Assembly (NCBI GenBank): GCA_017406955.1
Contig: JAFQXM010000007.1
Span: forward strand, 144,729 to 208,728
Direction: 5' to 3'
Length of the DNA stretch: 64,000 nucleotides
Source of the DNA: Bacilli bacterium
GTDB lineage: Bacteria > Bacillota_I > Bacilli_A > RF39 > UBA660
Shown piece after piece: positions 1 to 8,398 of the stretch. The notes below the pieces were generated by a model. The model was not told the DNA's origin. It did not search any database and saw only the letters and a program-made list of their open reading frames with translations. Position 1 is the first letter of the stretch, and the number at the start of each line of letters is the position of its first letter. A program made the position numbers and the translations under genes.

Positions 1-510
1 CTTAATAAATTAGAAAACAAAAAAATAGATAGTTTAATCATTGATGTTAGATCAAATCCAGGTGGACACTTAAATCAAGTTACTAAAATACTAGAATTAT
101 TTATGAATAAGAAAAAAGTTTTATATCAAATAGAATTAAAAGGTAAGAGAATTAAAAAACATTCTAATACATCTGAAAAAAGGAATTATAAAGTAGGAGT
201 ATTAATAAATGAAGCTAGTGCTTCAGCATCCGAAATATTAGCAGGAGCTTTTAAAGAATCATATGATAATTCAGTATTAGTAGGTATCAAAACATATGGA
301 AAAGGAACAGTACAAAAAGCATATCAATTAACAACAGGTTCAAGCATAAAATATACAACAGAAAAATGGTTAACGCCAAAAGGTAATTGGATTGATAAAA
401 AAGGAATAGAACCTACAGAGAAAGTAGAATTAACAGAAGAATATAAGAATGATCCTAAAGATGAAAATGATTCACAATTACAAAAGGTAATAGAACTATT
501 AATAAAATAA
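1..510 (+). CDS. C-terminal processing peptidase (S41 family), 3' part; the gene begins upstream of the window
   Basis: Frame 1 is open from nt 1 (LNKLENKKIDSLIIDVRSNPGGHLNQ...). GVLINEASASASEILAGAF is the tail-specific protease catalytic Ser box, followed by the GKGTVQ motif. Confidence 0.75.
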   Translation, partial: LNKLENKKIDSLIIDVRSNPGGHLNQVTKILELFMNKKKVLYQIELKGKRIKKHSNTSEKRNYKVGVLINEASASASEILAGAFKESYDNSVLVGIKTYGKGTVQKAYQLTTGSSIKYTTEKWLTPKGNWIDKKGIEPTEKVELTEEYKNDPKDENDSQLQKVIELLIK

Positions 511-537
511 GAGTCTAATTATTAGACTCTTTTAATT
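511..537. terminator. Bidirectional rho-independent terminator between the convergent peptidase and sortase genes
   Basis: Hairpin agagtctaat/tattagactct followed by a T-run. Confidence 0.45.
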
Positions 538-1054
538 TACTGTTAATTATTAATTGTTTGTTATCATGAATTGGACTACATGTAGTTAAAACTAATTGTT
601 TATTATAATCTTTATTGATATTAATATACCCATTTTTATCTTGTTCCCAAATATTAGTAACTATATATACATATTTTATATTCTTATATATAAGAATTAT
701 ATTATCATTTATATGTAATTTATCTAAATATTTAAAATAAGAAATATCATCATCACCAGAATGAGCTGCGATAAACATAATACTATTAGTATTACTAGGT
801 TCAATAGAACCATCTAATATAGTAACATTTTCATCTACATTATTATGTTTACTATTAATAGAATATAAATCATTATTAATATTAATTTTATTTATTATAA
901 TTTTACCTATAGGTTTTTCCTTATATTTAGGAGTTAAACCATTAATTAATAAAGATTTAGATACTATAGAAGTCTTATTATTAGTATAAATAACATTACA
1001 TATAACTAAATATATAATTAGTATTATGATACAGTAACAAATTTTCTTAAACAT
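515..1054 (-). CDS. Small sortase (class D-like transpeptidase)
   Basis: N-terminal TM segment, FIAAHSG His box and LVLTTCSP (TLxTC catalytic Cys motif). Its start overlaps the 3' end of the upstream adhesin gene by 31 nt. Confidence 0.7.
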   Translation of the reverse strand: MFKKICYCIIILIIYLVICNVIYTNNKTSIVSKSLLINGLTPKYKEKPIGKIIINKININNDLYSINSKHNNVDENVTILDGSIEPSNTNSIMFIAAHSGDDDISYFKYLDKLHINDNIILIYKNIKYVYIVTNIWEQDKNGYININKDYNKQLVLTTCSPIHDNKQLIINSKLKESNN

Positions 1055-2460
1055 ATTAACATAATAATTTTAATTAATTTATCTAAAAAACTATTATTAC
1101 TCCTAGTATTTGGTACTTTAATTTTATAATCAGTTAAATTATATATTAAATTATCACTAGATAATACATCAATAAAGAAGTCTTCTACCTTATAATAACC
1201 ATCTTTAGAATTAAGTTGTTTTACTTTATATCTACCATAAGGAAGTATAACTTCTGCATATCCACTATTATCAGTAGTTATAGTAGTAATCAATTTATTA
1301 CTTTTATTATAAATATTAAATACTACATTACCCTCAGCATTATTACCCTCATAACTCTTATTAATAGCTACTTTAGCTTTTATTACTTTGTTTTCTAAAG
1401 TTAATTTTATATTAGGATCATTCTTAGAAATATTTACTTCATAAGTTTTATCATCTAAATTATATCCAATACCAGCTTTAATTTCTTTTAAATAATATTT
1501 ACCAAAAGATATATTTTCTATAAAACCAATAGAATTATTATCAATACTTATTTCTTTTAATTTATTCATATCAGTATCATATAATCCATAAATAGCTCCT
1601 TTTAATTCTGCATCCCCACTAGGTTTAGTAGTTTTAGTATCACTATCTATTTTAGTTATTTCAACACTAGTTTTAATAACATTTACTTTTAAGTTATAGC
1701 TTTTACTATCAATATCACCAGTTTCTACTAAATCTTGACTATTACTAGCTTGATAGAAAATAATAGGTCTATTATGAACTCTACTACTTCTAGTTAATTT
1801 TATATCATAAGAACCTTCTTTTAACTCATCAGATATTAATTTATTATTAGATATTTTAAATAAACTATTAGAAGAACTATAAGAGTTTAATATATTATTA
1901 GTATCAGTTATATTCAAACTTTCACCTTCAACAAGATCATATTCTTTATTAATAATGGAAGGTGAAATTTGATAATTATTAATTAAACTATTAATCTCAT
2001 TCATCTCACTAGTAAACTTTTGAACTCTAGTACCATTTAATCCTTCAGTAAAATAAAAATCACCATTAGGATCGGCAGTCTGCCATATCATAAATTGTGT
2101 AATCGCATACCACTTACTATCAGTATGAGAACCATATCCATAACCAAAGTGCGCAATCATAGAAATACGTGTTTTCTGATATGCAGATAAACTACTAGGA
2201 TTAATAGTGGACTGATATTGAGCACTTTCATTAAAGAAATTAAAAGGTTCTATACAATAAGCAAAGTCATTAGTACCACTTTGTCTAAAAAACCTAGCTT
2301 TTTGATAATAAATAGTATTACTCCCATTAGCTCTTTTATTCATGTAGATCCCATCAATATATTCCCCCTCATAAAAATTAACAGTACTTGCATATACATT
2401 AGTAGTTTTACATAATGTAATAGTAAGTATAAGCATTAAGAAAAATATAAACTTCTTCAA
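1024..2460 (-). CDS. Thioester-domain (TQXA-type) surface adhesin with Cna-B-like C-terminal domain and cell-wall sorting signal
   Basis: Signal peptide MKKFIFFLMLILTITLCKTTNVYA. Thioester motifs AYCIEPF (Cys) and TQFMIWQ (Gln). The C-terminus is VPNTRS followed by a hydrophobic stretch and RKF. Confidence 0.65.
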   Translation of the reverse strand: MKKFIFFLMLILTITLCKTTNVYASTVNFYEGEYIDGIYMNKRANGSNTIYYQKARFFRQSGTNDFAYCIEPFNFFNESAQYQSTINPSSLSAYQKTRISMIAHFGYGYGSHTDSKWYAITQFMIWQTADPNGDFYFTEGLNGTRVQKFTSEMNEINSLINNYQISPSIINKEYDLVEGESLNITDTNNILNSYSSSNSLFKISNNKLISDELKEGSYDIKLTRSSRVHNRPIIFYQASNSQDLVETGDIDSKSYNLKVNVIKTSVEITKIDSDTKTTKPSGDAELKGAIYGLYDTDMNKLKEISIDNNSIGFIENISFGKYYLKEIKAGIGYNLDDKTYEVNISKNDPNIKLTLENKVIKAKVAINKSYEGNNAEGNVVFNIYNKSNKLITTITTDNSGYAEVILPYGRYKVKQLNSKDGYYKVEDFFIDVLSSDNLIYNLTDYKIKVPNTRSNNSFLDKLIKIIMLICLRKFVTVS

Positions 2461-2666
2461 AAAATCCCTCCTTTTTTTCTTAATGGCTTAGATACTAACA
2501 CAATGATTTCTAATAAACAAATGCCAAAAAAAAGAAATTTGTAAGAAAAAATACTACAAAAAGAAAAAACTATAATACAAAAAATAAATTTAGTAGAATT
2601 TATAATACAAAAAATCAAGTTTAATATAATAAATTAATATGTTATAATTCTTCTAGAGGTGATAAT

Positions 2667-4169
2667 ATGGATAATATTATAGATATCGCATCACAAATAG
2701 GTATTAATAAAAAAAATTTAGTTTTATATGGAGATGATAAAGCCAAAATATTATCTAGAGGAAATAATAAAGATAGTAAACTTATTTTAGTAACTGCGAC
2801 AACTCCTACACCGTCTGGAGAAGGGAAAACAACTATTAGTATAGGTTTAGCAGATGCTTTAAGAAAATTAGATAAAAAAGTTATATTAACATTAAGAGAA
2901 CCATCATTAGGCCCAGTATTTGGAATGAAAGGTGGCGCAACTGGTGGAGGATTAGCTAAAGTTATACCAGAAGAAGATATAAACCTACATTTTACTGGGG
3001 ATTTTCATGCGATTACCACTGCGAATAATCTAATATCAGCTGCCATAGATAATCATATTTATAATGGTAATAAACTAAATATAAAAGAGGTATTATTTAA
3101 AAGATGTTTAGATATTAATGATAGAAGTCTAAGGGATAAAGGATTTAATATAACAGCCGCTAGCGAAATAATGAGTATTATATGCTTAGCGAATGATATA
3201 GATGATTTAAGAGATAGATTATCTAATATAATAATAGGTACAAATGATAATAATGAGTATATATACTTAAAAGAATTAAATATAGTTGGAACATTATTAG
3301 TAATATTAAAAGACGCAATAAAACCAAACTTAGTTCAAACATTAGAAGAAACTCCTACCATTATACATGGAGGACCATTTGCTAATATAGCTCATGGTTG
3401 TAATAGTGTCATTGCTACTAAAACAGCTCTAAGTTATGCAGACTATGTAGTAACAGAAGCAGGATTTGCCGCAGATTTAGGTGCAGAAAAATTCTTTGAT
3501 ATAAAATGCAGACAAAGTAATATAAAACCAGACTGCATAGTAATAACCACAACAATAAAATCATTAAAGCATAATAGAAAAGAGAATTTAAAAATACATT
3601 ATGAAAATATGAAAAAGTTTAATACTAATGTAGTAGTATGTTTAAATAAATTTGATAATGATAAAAAAGAAGAAATAGAAGAATTAAAAGATTACTGTAA
3701 TAAAGAAAATATTCCACTCACTATATGTGAATCATTTCAAAAAGGTAGTAAAGGAAGTATAGATTTAGCTAAATTAGTTTTAAAAGAATTAGAAAAAGAT
3801 AATAAATTTAAATTATTATATGATAACAGTCTAAGTATAAACGAAAAAATAGATATTATATCTAAAGAAATATATAGAGCTAATAATGTAATATATAGCG
3901 AAGAATCATTAAGAAAAATAGACACAATAAATAAAAATAACTTATCTTATCTTCCAATTTGTGTATCTAAAACACAATATTCATTATCTGATGATAAAAA
4001 TAATACAAAAAAAGATTATAATATTACAGTAACAGATATAAATATATATAATGGAGCAGGTTTCATCACAGTACTATTAGGAAGTGTTGTTACAATGCCA
4101 GGATTACCAAAAGAACCTAACTATGAAAATATAGATTTAATAGATAATAAAATAATAGGATTAAAATAA
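2667..4169 (+). CDS. fhs: Formate--tetrahydrofolate ligase
   Basis: TPTPSGEGKTTISIGLADAL P-loop and overall FTHFS collinearity; SD aggtga precedes the ATG. Confidence 0.93.
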   Translation: MDNIIDIASQIGINKKNLVLYGDDKAKILSRGNNKDSKLILVTATTPTPSGEGKTTISIGLADALRKLDKKVILTLREPSLGPVFGMKGGATGGGLAKVIPEEDINLHFTGDFHAITTANNLISAAIDNHIYNGNKLNIKEVLFKRCLDINDRSLRDKGFNITAASEIMSIICLANDIDDLRDRLSNIIIGTNDNNEYIYLKELNIVGTLLVILKDAIKPNLVQTLEETPTIIHGGPFANIAHGCNSVIATKTALSYADYVVTEAGFAADLGAEKFFDIKCRQSNIKPDCIVITTTIKSLKHNRKENLKIHYENMKKFNTNVVVCLNKFDNDKKEEIEELKDYCNKENIPLTICESFQKGSKGSIDLAKLVLKELEKDNKFKLLYDNSLSINEKIDIISKEIYRANNVIYSEESLRKIDTINKNNLSYLPICVSKTQYSLSDDKNNTKKDYNITVTDINIYNGAGFITVLLGSVVTMPGLPKEPNYENIDLIDNKIIGLK

Positions 4170-4196
4170 AAAGACATCAGTAGATGTCTTTATTCT
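4170..4196. terminator. Bidirectional terminator between fhs and the convergent gene
   Basis: Hairpin aagacatc/agt/agatgtctt followed by a T-run. Confidence 0.5.
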
Positions 4197-4846
4197 TTAG
4201 GCTTTTCTTTGTTCTCTGTATTATCTTTAGTAGTATTAGGTTCATATATATTAATAGTACCAGTATACATTCTATTTTTATATGTTAAACGATATTGATA
4301 ATTACCACTCTTTGCAGTATTAACTGCAGATAAATCTATAGTAGTATTCTTTTTAACTTCTTCATCTAATTGTTCAACTACATAAGTTTGTACATCTGTT
4401 GATAAAGAAGAACCTACTTCTAAATCTAAATCTTTTACTGTTATATTAGCATTAGGTAATTCTTTTTCTTTAACAACATAAGTTGCACTAAATTTTTTCT
4501 TTTTATAAGTTATTGTGTATGTATAACTACCAGCTTGATTAACATTAACCATAGAAGTATCTAATTTTAAGTTTTTAATTATATTCTCATCTATATCATC
4601 AGGATTTTCCAAAAAGTCTCTAATATTAACACTCATTGGTTTATTAACCTCTGACTCCATATCTTTAAGCTTTATTTCATTACTCTTAGAACTAGCGACA
4701 CGTTTTTGGACAACTTTTAAATTGATACTATCTGGATCAACTGGATTCTTAATATATGCCATACTAGTACCAGTACCAATTAAAGTAGTTCCCCATACAG
4801 CTAGTGCTATAGAAAAAATTTTCTTTTGCTGAATAGATACTTTCAT
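4190..4846 (-). CDS. Hypothetical secreted protein with two internal ~90-aa repeats
   Basis: Start reassigned to MKVSIQQKK, with SD agagg 7 nt upstream; this gives a signal peptide ending ...TSMA. The internal duplication is GSYTYTITYKKKKF vs GNYQYRLTYKNRMY. Confidence 0.5.
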   Translation of the reverse strand: MKVSIQQKKIFSIALAVWGTTLIGTGTSMAYIKNPVDPDSINLKVVQKRVASSKSNEIKLKDMESEVNKPMSVNIRDFLENPDDIDENIIKNLKLDTSMVNVNQAGSYTYTITYKKKKFSATYVVKEKELPNANITVKDLDLEVGSSLSTDVQTYVVEQLDEEVKKNTTIDLSAVNTAKSGNYQYRLTYKNRMYTGTINIYEPNTTKDNTENKEKPKE

Positions 4847-4944
4847 ACACATACCTCTTTCTTTAATAATTATAATATAAAAACACAATATAAACAATAA
4901 AATATATATTATATTTTATACTTTACACAGAATTTATACACAAT

Positions 4945-5889
4945 TTATTTCTGTATAGAAGACTTAATTCCTTGATAAGTATCTCTTTTAACCATTTCTT
5001 TATCTATATCATTTAAAACACAAAATTTCTTAATTAACCAAGTTGGTTCAATTAAATCTTTAGGATCAGGATCTCCAGTTATTCTATGAATTACTATTTC
5101 TTCTCTTAATAATTCTAGTTGACTAACTACTATATCTATATATTCTTCTTTAGAAAGTACTTTAAATTTCTTTTCTTTATATAACTTTTCTAAAGGAGTA
5201 TCTTTTAAAATACTTAACATATGTATCTTTATACCCCCAATATCTAATTTATTTAAATATCTAACTGTATTTAACATATCTTCTTTAGCCTCATAAGGTA
5301 ATCCATTTATAATATGAACAACTACATCTATATTTCTATTACGTAATTTTTCTACCATATCTTTAAAACAATCTAGAGAATGACATCTATTTATTAACTT
5401 GGATGTTTTGTCATTAATAGTTTGTAATCCTAATTCAATAGTTAAATAAGTCTTTTTATTTAATTCTTCTAAATAATCTAAACACTCATCAGTAATAGAA
5501 TCAGGTCTAGTCGCAATATTTAGTCCAACGACATTATCTTCTTCTAATATAGATTCATATAATTCTTTTAGTTTATCTACAGGCGCATAAGTATTAGTAC
5601 GAGCTTGAAAATAACCAATATATTTAGCTTTAGGCCATTTCTTATGCATCATATTTTTAATATCATTAAATTGTTTCTTAATAGAATCTTTTATATTACC
5701 TGCGAATTCTCCACTACCACTCTTAGAACAGTATATACAGCCACCATATCCAACGGTACCATCTATATTAGGACAAGAAAATCCTGCATTTAAACTGACT
5801 TTAAATACTTTAGAATTAAACTTATTCTTATAAAAATAATCTAAAGTATGATATCTTTTATTACTATTACTATACTTAAATTTATTCAT
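4945..5889 (-). CDS. Radical SAM protein, TIGR01212 (YhcC-like) family
   Basis: CPNIDGTVGYGGCIYCS cluster motif and full-length collinearity with the TIGR01212 family. Confidence 0.8.
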   Translation of the reverse strand: MNKFKYSNSNKRYHTLDYFYKNKFNSKVFKVSLNAGFSCPNIDGTVGYGGCIYCSKSGSGEFAGNIKDSIKKQFNDIKNMMHKKWPKAKYIGYFQARTNTYAPVDKLKELYESILEEDNVVGLNIATRPDSITDECLDYLEELNKKTYLTIELGLQTINDKTSKLINRCHSLDCFKDMVEKLRNRNIDVVVHIINGLPYEAKEDMLNTVRYLNKLDIGGIKIHMLSILKDTPLEKLYKEKKFKVLSKEEYIDIVVSQLELLREEIVIHRITGDPDPKDLIEPTWLIKKFCVLNDIDKEMVKRDTYQGIKSSIQK

Positions 5890-5958
5890 ATATACCTCAC
5901 TACTTCATGTATTATAGTACTTTTATGTCAAAAAAACAACAAAATATACAAAAAAGTA

Positions 5959-5987
5959 TTGAAAAATGTATAAAAATAGTATAAAAT
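5959..5987 (+). promoter_or_regulatory. Candidate sigma-A promoter for the fic gene
   Basis: TTGAAA, 17-nt spacer, TAAAAT. AT-rich background makes chance matches common. Confidence 0.3.
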
Positions 5988-6059
5988 ACACACTAATTCA
6001 CAAAAAAGTGTATAAATTTTATCTAAATGTGATATATTATAATAAAGGAGAGTGATAAT

Positions 6060-7139
6060 ATGGAACCATATAAAGCTAAACTATTACCTATTTCTTATGA
6101 GTTAGATAAAGAAACAATTAAATTATTAGGACAAGCAAATGATAAATATGGTCAATATAAATCATTATTAAAAGTATTTAAATTTGATCAAAAATTTTTC
6201 TTAGATTCTTTAGTACTAGGAGAAAGTATAAGATCATCAAGAATTGAAGGAACACAAATATCCCAAGATGATATGTATTATATGGATTACAAAGAAACAA
6301 ATGATAGTATTAAAGAAGTTAAAAATTTAAAGAAAATGTTGGAGTATGCAAATACTAAATTAAAAGATAAAGACTTTAGTATTGATATGATTAATAAAAT
6401 GCATAAAATTTTATTATCTGGAACTAGAGGTGAAGATAAATCACCTGGTAAAATACGTACAATACAAAACTATATTGGACTAAGAGGTTTAGGTAAAGAA
6501 GGCGCAACATTTGTTCCTCCTATTCCAGAAGAAGTTCCAGAATTATTAGATAATCTTATAGAATATATGAATAATATGTATAATGATGAAGCCTTTATAA
6601 AAGTGGCAATATCTCATGTACAATTTGAATCTATTCACCCATATAATGATGGTAATGGTAGAATGGGAAGAGCTCTAATGACTTTAGAATTAGCTAAATT
6701 AAAAGGTGATGAACCAATATTATTTTTATCAGAAGTAATAGAATTATTTAAAGCTAATTATTACAATACTTTAACTGAGTGTAGACATGGTAATGTAGAT
6801 GGCTTTATTAGATTTTTCTTACAATGTGTAGTAGACCAATGCACTAGAAATATTGGTAGAATAGAAAAGATAAATAGAGTTTATGAAGAAGATGAACAAA
6901 CTATAAAGGAAAATATGAGTGGTAGTATAGTAGTTAGAATGCATCCATTAATGATGAAAAAAATAGTATTTACTGCTCAAGATATGGCAGATGAATTAGA
7001 TGTTCATATTAATTCTATAAATAAAGTATTAAATCGTTTAATAGAATTAAATATAATAAAAAAAGAAAAGAAAGAAGGTACAAATAGGATAACATATAGA
7101 TATATTAGAGTCTATGATACCTTTGTAGAACAAATATAA
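6060..7139 (+). CDS. fic: Fic family protein (class II, N-terminal inhibitory motif) with C-terminal winged HTH
   Basis: HPYNDGNGRMGRAL matches the Fic motif HPFx(D/E)GNGR. SSRIEG matches the (S/T)xxxE(G/N) inhibitory helix. Confidence 0.85.
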   Translation: MEPYKAKLLPISYELDKETIKLLGQANDKYGQYKSLLKVFKFDQKFFLDSLVLGESIRSSRIEGTQISQDDMYYMDYKETNDSIKEVKNLKKMLEYANTKLKDKDFSIDMINKMHKILLSGTRGEDKSPGKIRTIQNYIGLRGLGKEGATFVPPIPEEVPELLDNLIEYMNNMYNDEAFIKVAISHVQFESIHPYNDGNGRMGRALMTLELAKLKGDEPILFLSEVIELFKANYYNTLTECRHGNVDGFIRFFLQCVVDQCTRNIGRIEKINRVYEEDEQTIKENMSGSIVVRMHPLMMKKIVFTAQDMADELDVHINSINKVLNRLIELNIIKKEKKEGTNRITYRYIRVYDTFVEQI

Positions 7140-7140
7140 A

Positions 7141-7172
7141 AAGCTAGTTTTTCATTTACTAGCTTTTTTATT
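7141..7172 (+). terminator. Rho-independent terminator after fic
   Basis: aagctagt...actagctt followed by tttta. Confidence 0.55.
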
Positions 7173-7203
7173 TAAATATGCTATAATTATATTAGGTGAT
7201 AAT

Positions 7204-8328
7204 ATGGCAGTAAGAAGAAAGTTTAAATTAAAACCTAACGCAATAATTCTACTAAAAAGAGTAGGTATAGTATTAGGTATATTACTAGCTATTTTTCTAT
7301 TTTATAGACACAATATTAATGAATTAAAGAAATTAGGTTATAGTGAAAAAGCCAGTAATACTATACTTTTTAAATTTAAGAAAAGTTATGTTATGGATAT
7401 AGGTAAAAATAAAACATTAAATGCTGCTTTTGAGAGTAAAGATTATAAAGAAAAGAACATAGATAATTATAGTAAAATTAAATATCAAAATCATAAACAT
7501 TTAATTAAACATATTAATTTATTATTAAAAAAAGGCTATCACAATAAAGATATATCTTTAATACTTGCACATGGTACTGATAATGATGTAGAAGAATTTA
7601 TAAAACATAAAAAAATCAGGTACATTGAAGAATTCTTTACTATAGATTGTGCTAAAATAAATAATTATGATAGATATATAGCTTATTCTGATGAAACAGG
7701 AGAAGATGAAGAAACAGTTGTTGTGTCAGTTAATCTAGATATGGATAAAGAACCATATAAAGAACCTCTTAAAATAAGAAAATATAATAAATATGTATTA
7801 GTAACTAAACATAGACAACTTATGAAAAGTTATAAACCAAAACTAGTTAATATTGATAAAAAATATGCATTAGATAGTAAACAGAAATCAGTAAAAGAAG
7901 CAAAAGATGCTTTTATTAAGATGTATAAGGCTGCAAAGAAAAAGGGTTATGAAATATATATTAATTCTAGTTATCGTAGTTATGAAGAACAAGAAAAAAT
8001 TTGTAATACATATTCTTCGCTATATGGACAGTCTTATATAGAAAAATATGTCGCAAAACCAGGATATTCAGAACATCAAACAGGTTTAGTATTTGATATA
8101 GCTAGTAAAAAGAATAAAATATTCGCAGAATCTAAAGAATATAAGTGGATGCAAGAAAATGCTTATAAATATGGATTTATTCAAAGATATCCTAAAGGGT
8201 ATGAAGAAATAACAGGATTTAGGGCAGAACAATGGCATTATAGGTATGTAGGTAAGAAAATAGCTAAGTATATTTATGATCATAAAATTACCTATGATGA
8301 GTATTATATTAGATTTTTAGATAAATAA
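7204..8328 (+). CDS. Membrane-anchored D-alanyl-D-alanine carboxypeptidase, VanY/M15 family
   Basis: N-terminal TM segment. SYRSYEEQ, GYSEHQTGLVFDI (SxHxxGxAxD) and EQWHYRYVG zinc-peptidase motifs. Confidence 0.75.
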   Translation: MAVRRKFKLKPNAIILLKRVGIVLGILLAIFLFYRHNINELKKLGYSEKASNTILFKFKKSYVMDIGKNKTLNAAFESKDYKEKNIDNYSKIKYQNHKHLIKHINLLLKKGYHNKDISLILAHGTDNDVEEFIKHKKIRYIEEFFTIDCAKINNYDRYIAYSDETGEDEETVVVSVNLDMDKEPYKEPLKIRKYNKYVLVTKHRQLMKSYKPKLVNIDKKYALDSKQKSVKEAKDAFIKMYKAAKKKGYEIYINSSYRSYEEQEKICNTYSSLYGQSYIEKYVAKPGYSEHQTGLVFDIASKKNKIFAESKEYKWMQENAYKYGFIQRYPKGYEEITGFRAEQWHYRYVGKKIAKYIYDHKITYDEYYIRFLDK

Positions 8329-8329
8329 A

Positions 8330-8353
8330 TGGTAGTTTTTCTACCATTTTTTA
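8330..8353 (+). terminator. Rho-independent terminator
   Basis: ggtag/tttttc/taccat followed by tttttt. Confidence 0.55.
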
Positions 8354-8398
8354 CTTTATTATGTTATTATGATATTAGGAAAATAAGAAGGTGTTGGT

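Noticed and set aside
1216-2415. Plus-strand ORFs 1216-1398 and 2218-2415 inside the adhesin gene. Similar embedded ORFs occur at 3737-3925, 5605-5793, 8086-8283, 14931-15320, 16408-17204, 18920-19721, 22245-22970, 26364-26624, 29310-29573, 30242-30424, 31460-31735, 34723-34908, 41012-41200, 45835-46050, 46194-47048, 50168-50500, 51534-51788, 52713-52988, 60569-61218, 61618-61800, 62386-62625 and 63045-63317.
   Set aside because: All overlap stronger genes on the other strand or frame, lack ribosome-binding sites and translate to hydrophobic low-complexity peptides. They are spurious frames favoured by AT richness.
2667-4169. fhs encodes 500 aa, shorter than the ~555 aa typical of FTHFS. It was considered as a pseudogene or internal deletion.
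   Set aside because: The frame is intact, and the N- and C-terminal conserved blocks and the P-loop are present. Without an alignment the shortfall cannot be localised; it is most likely a genuinely compact orthologue.
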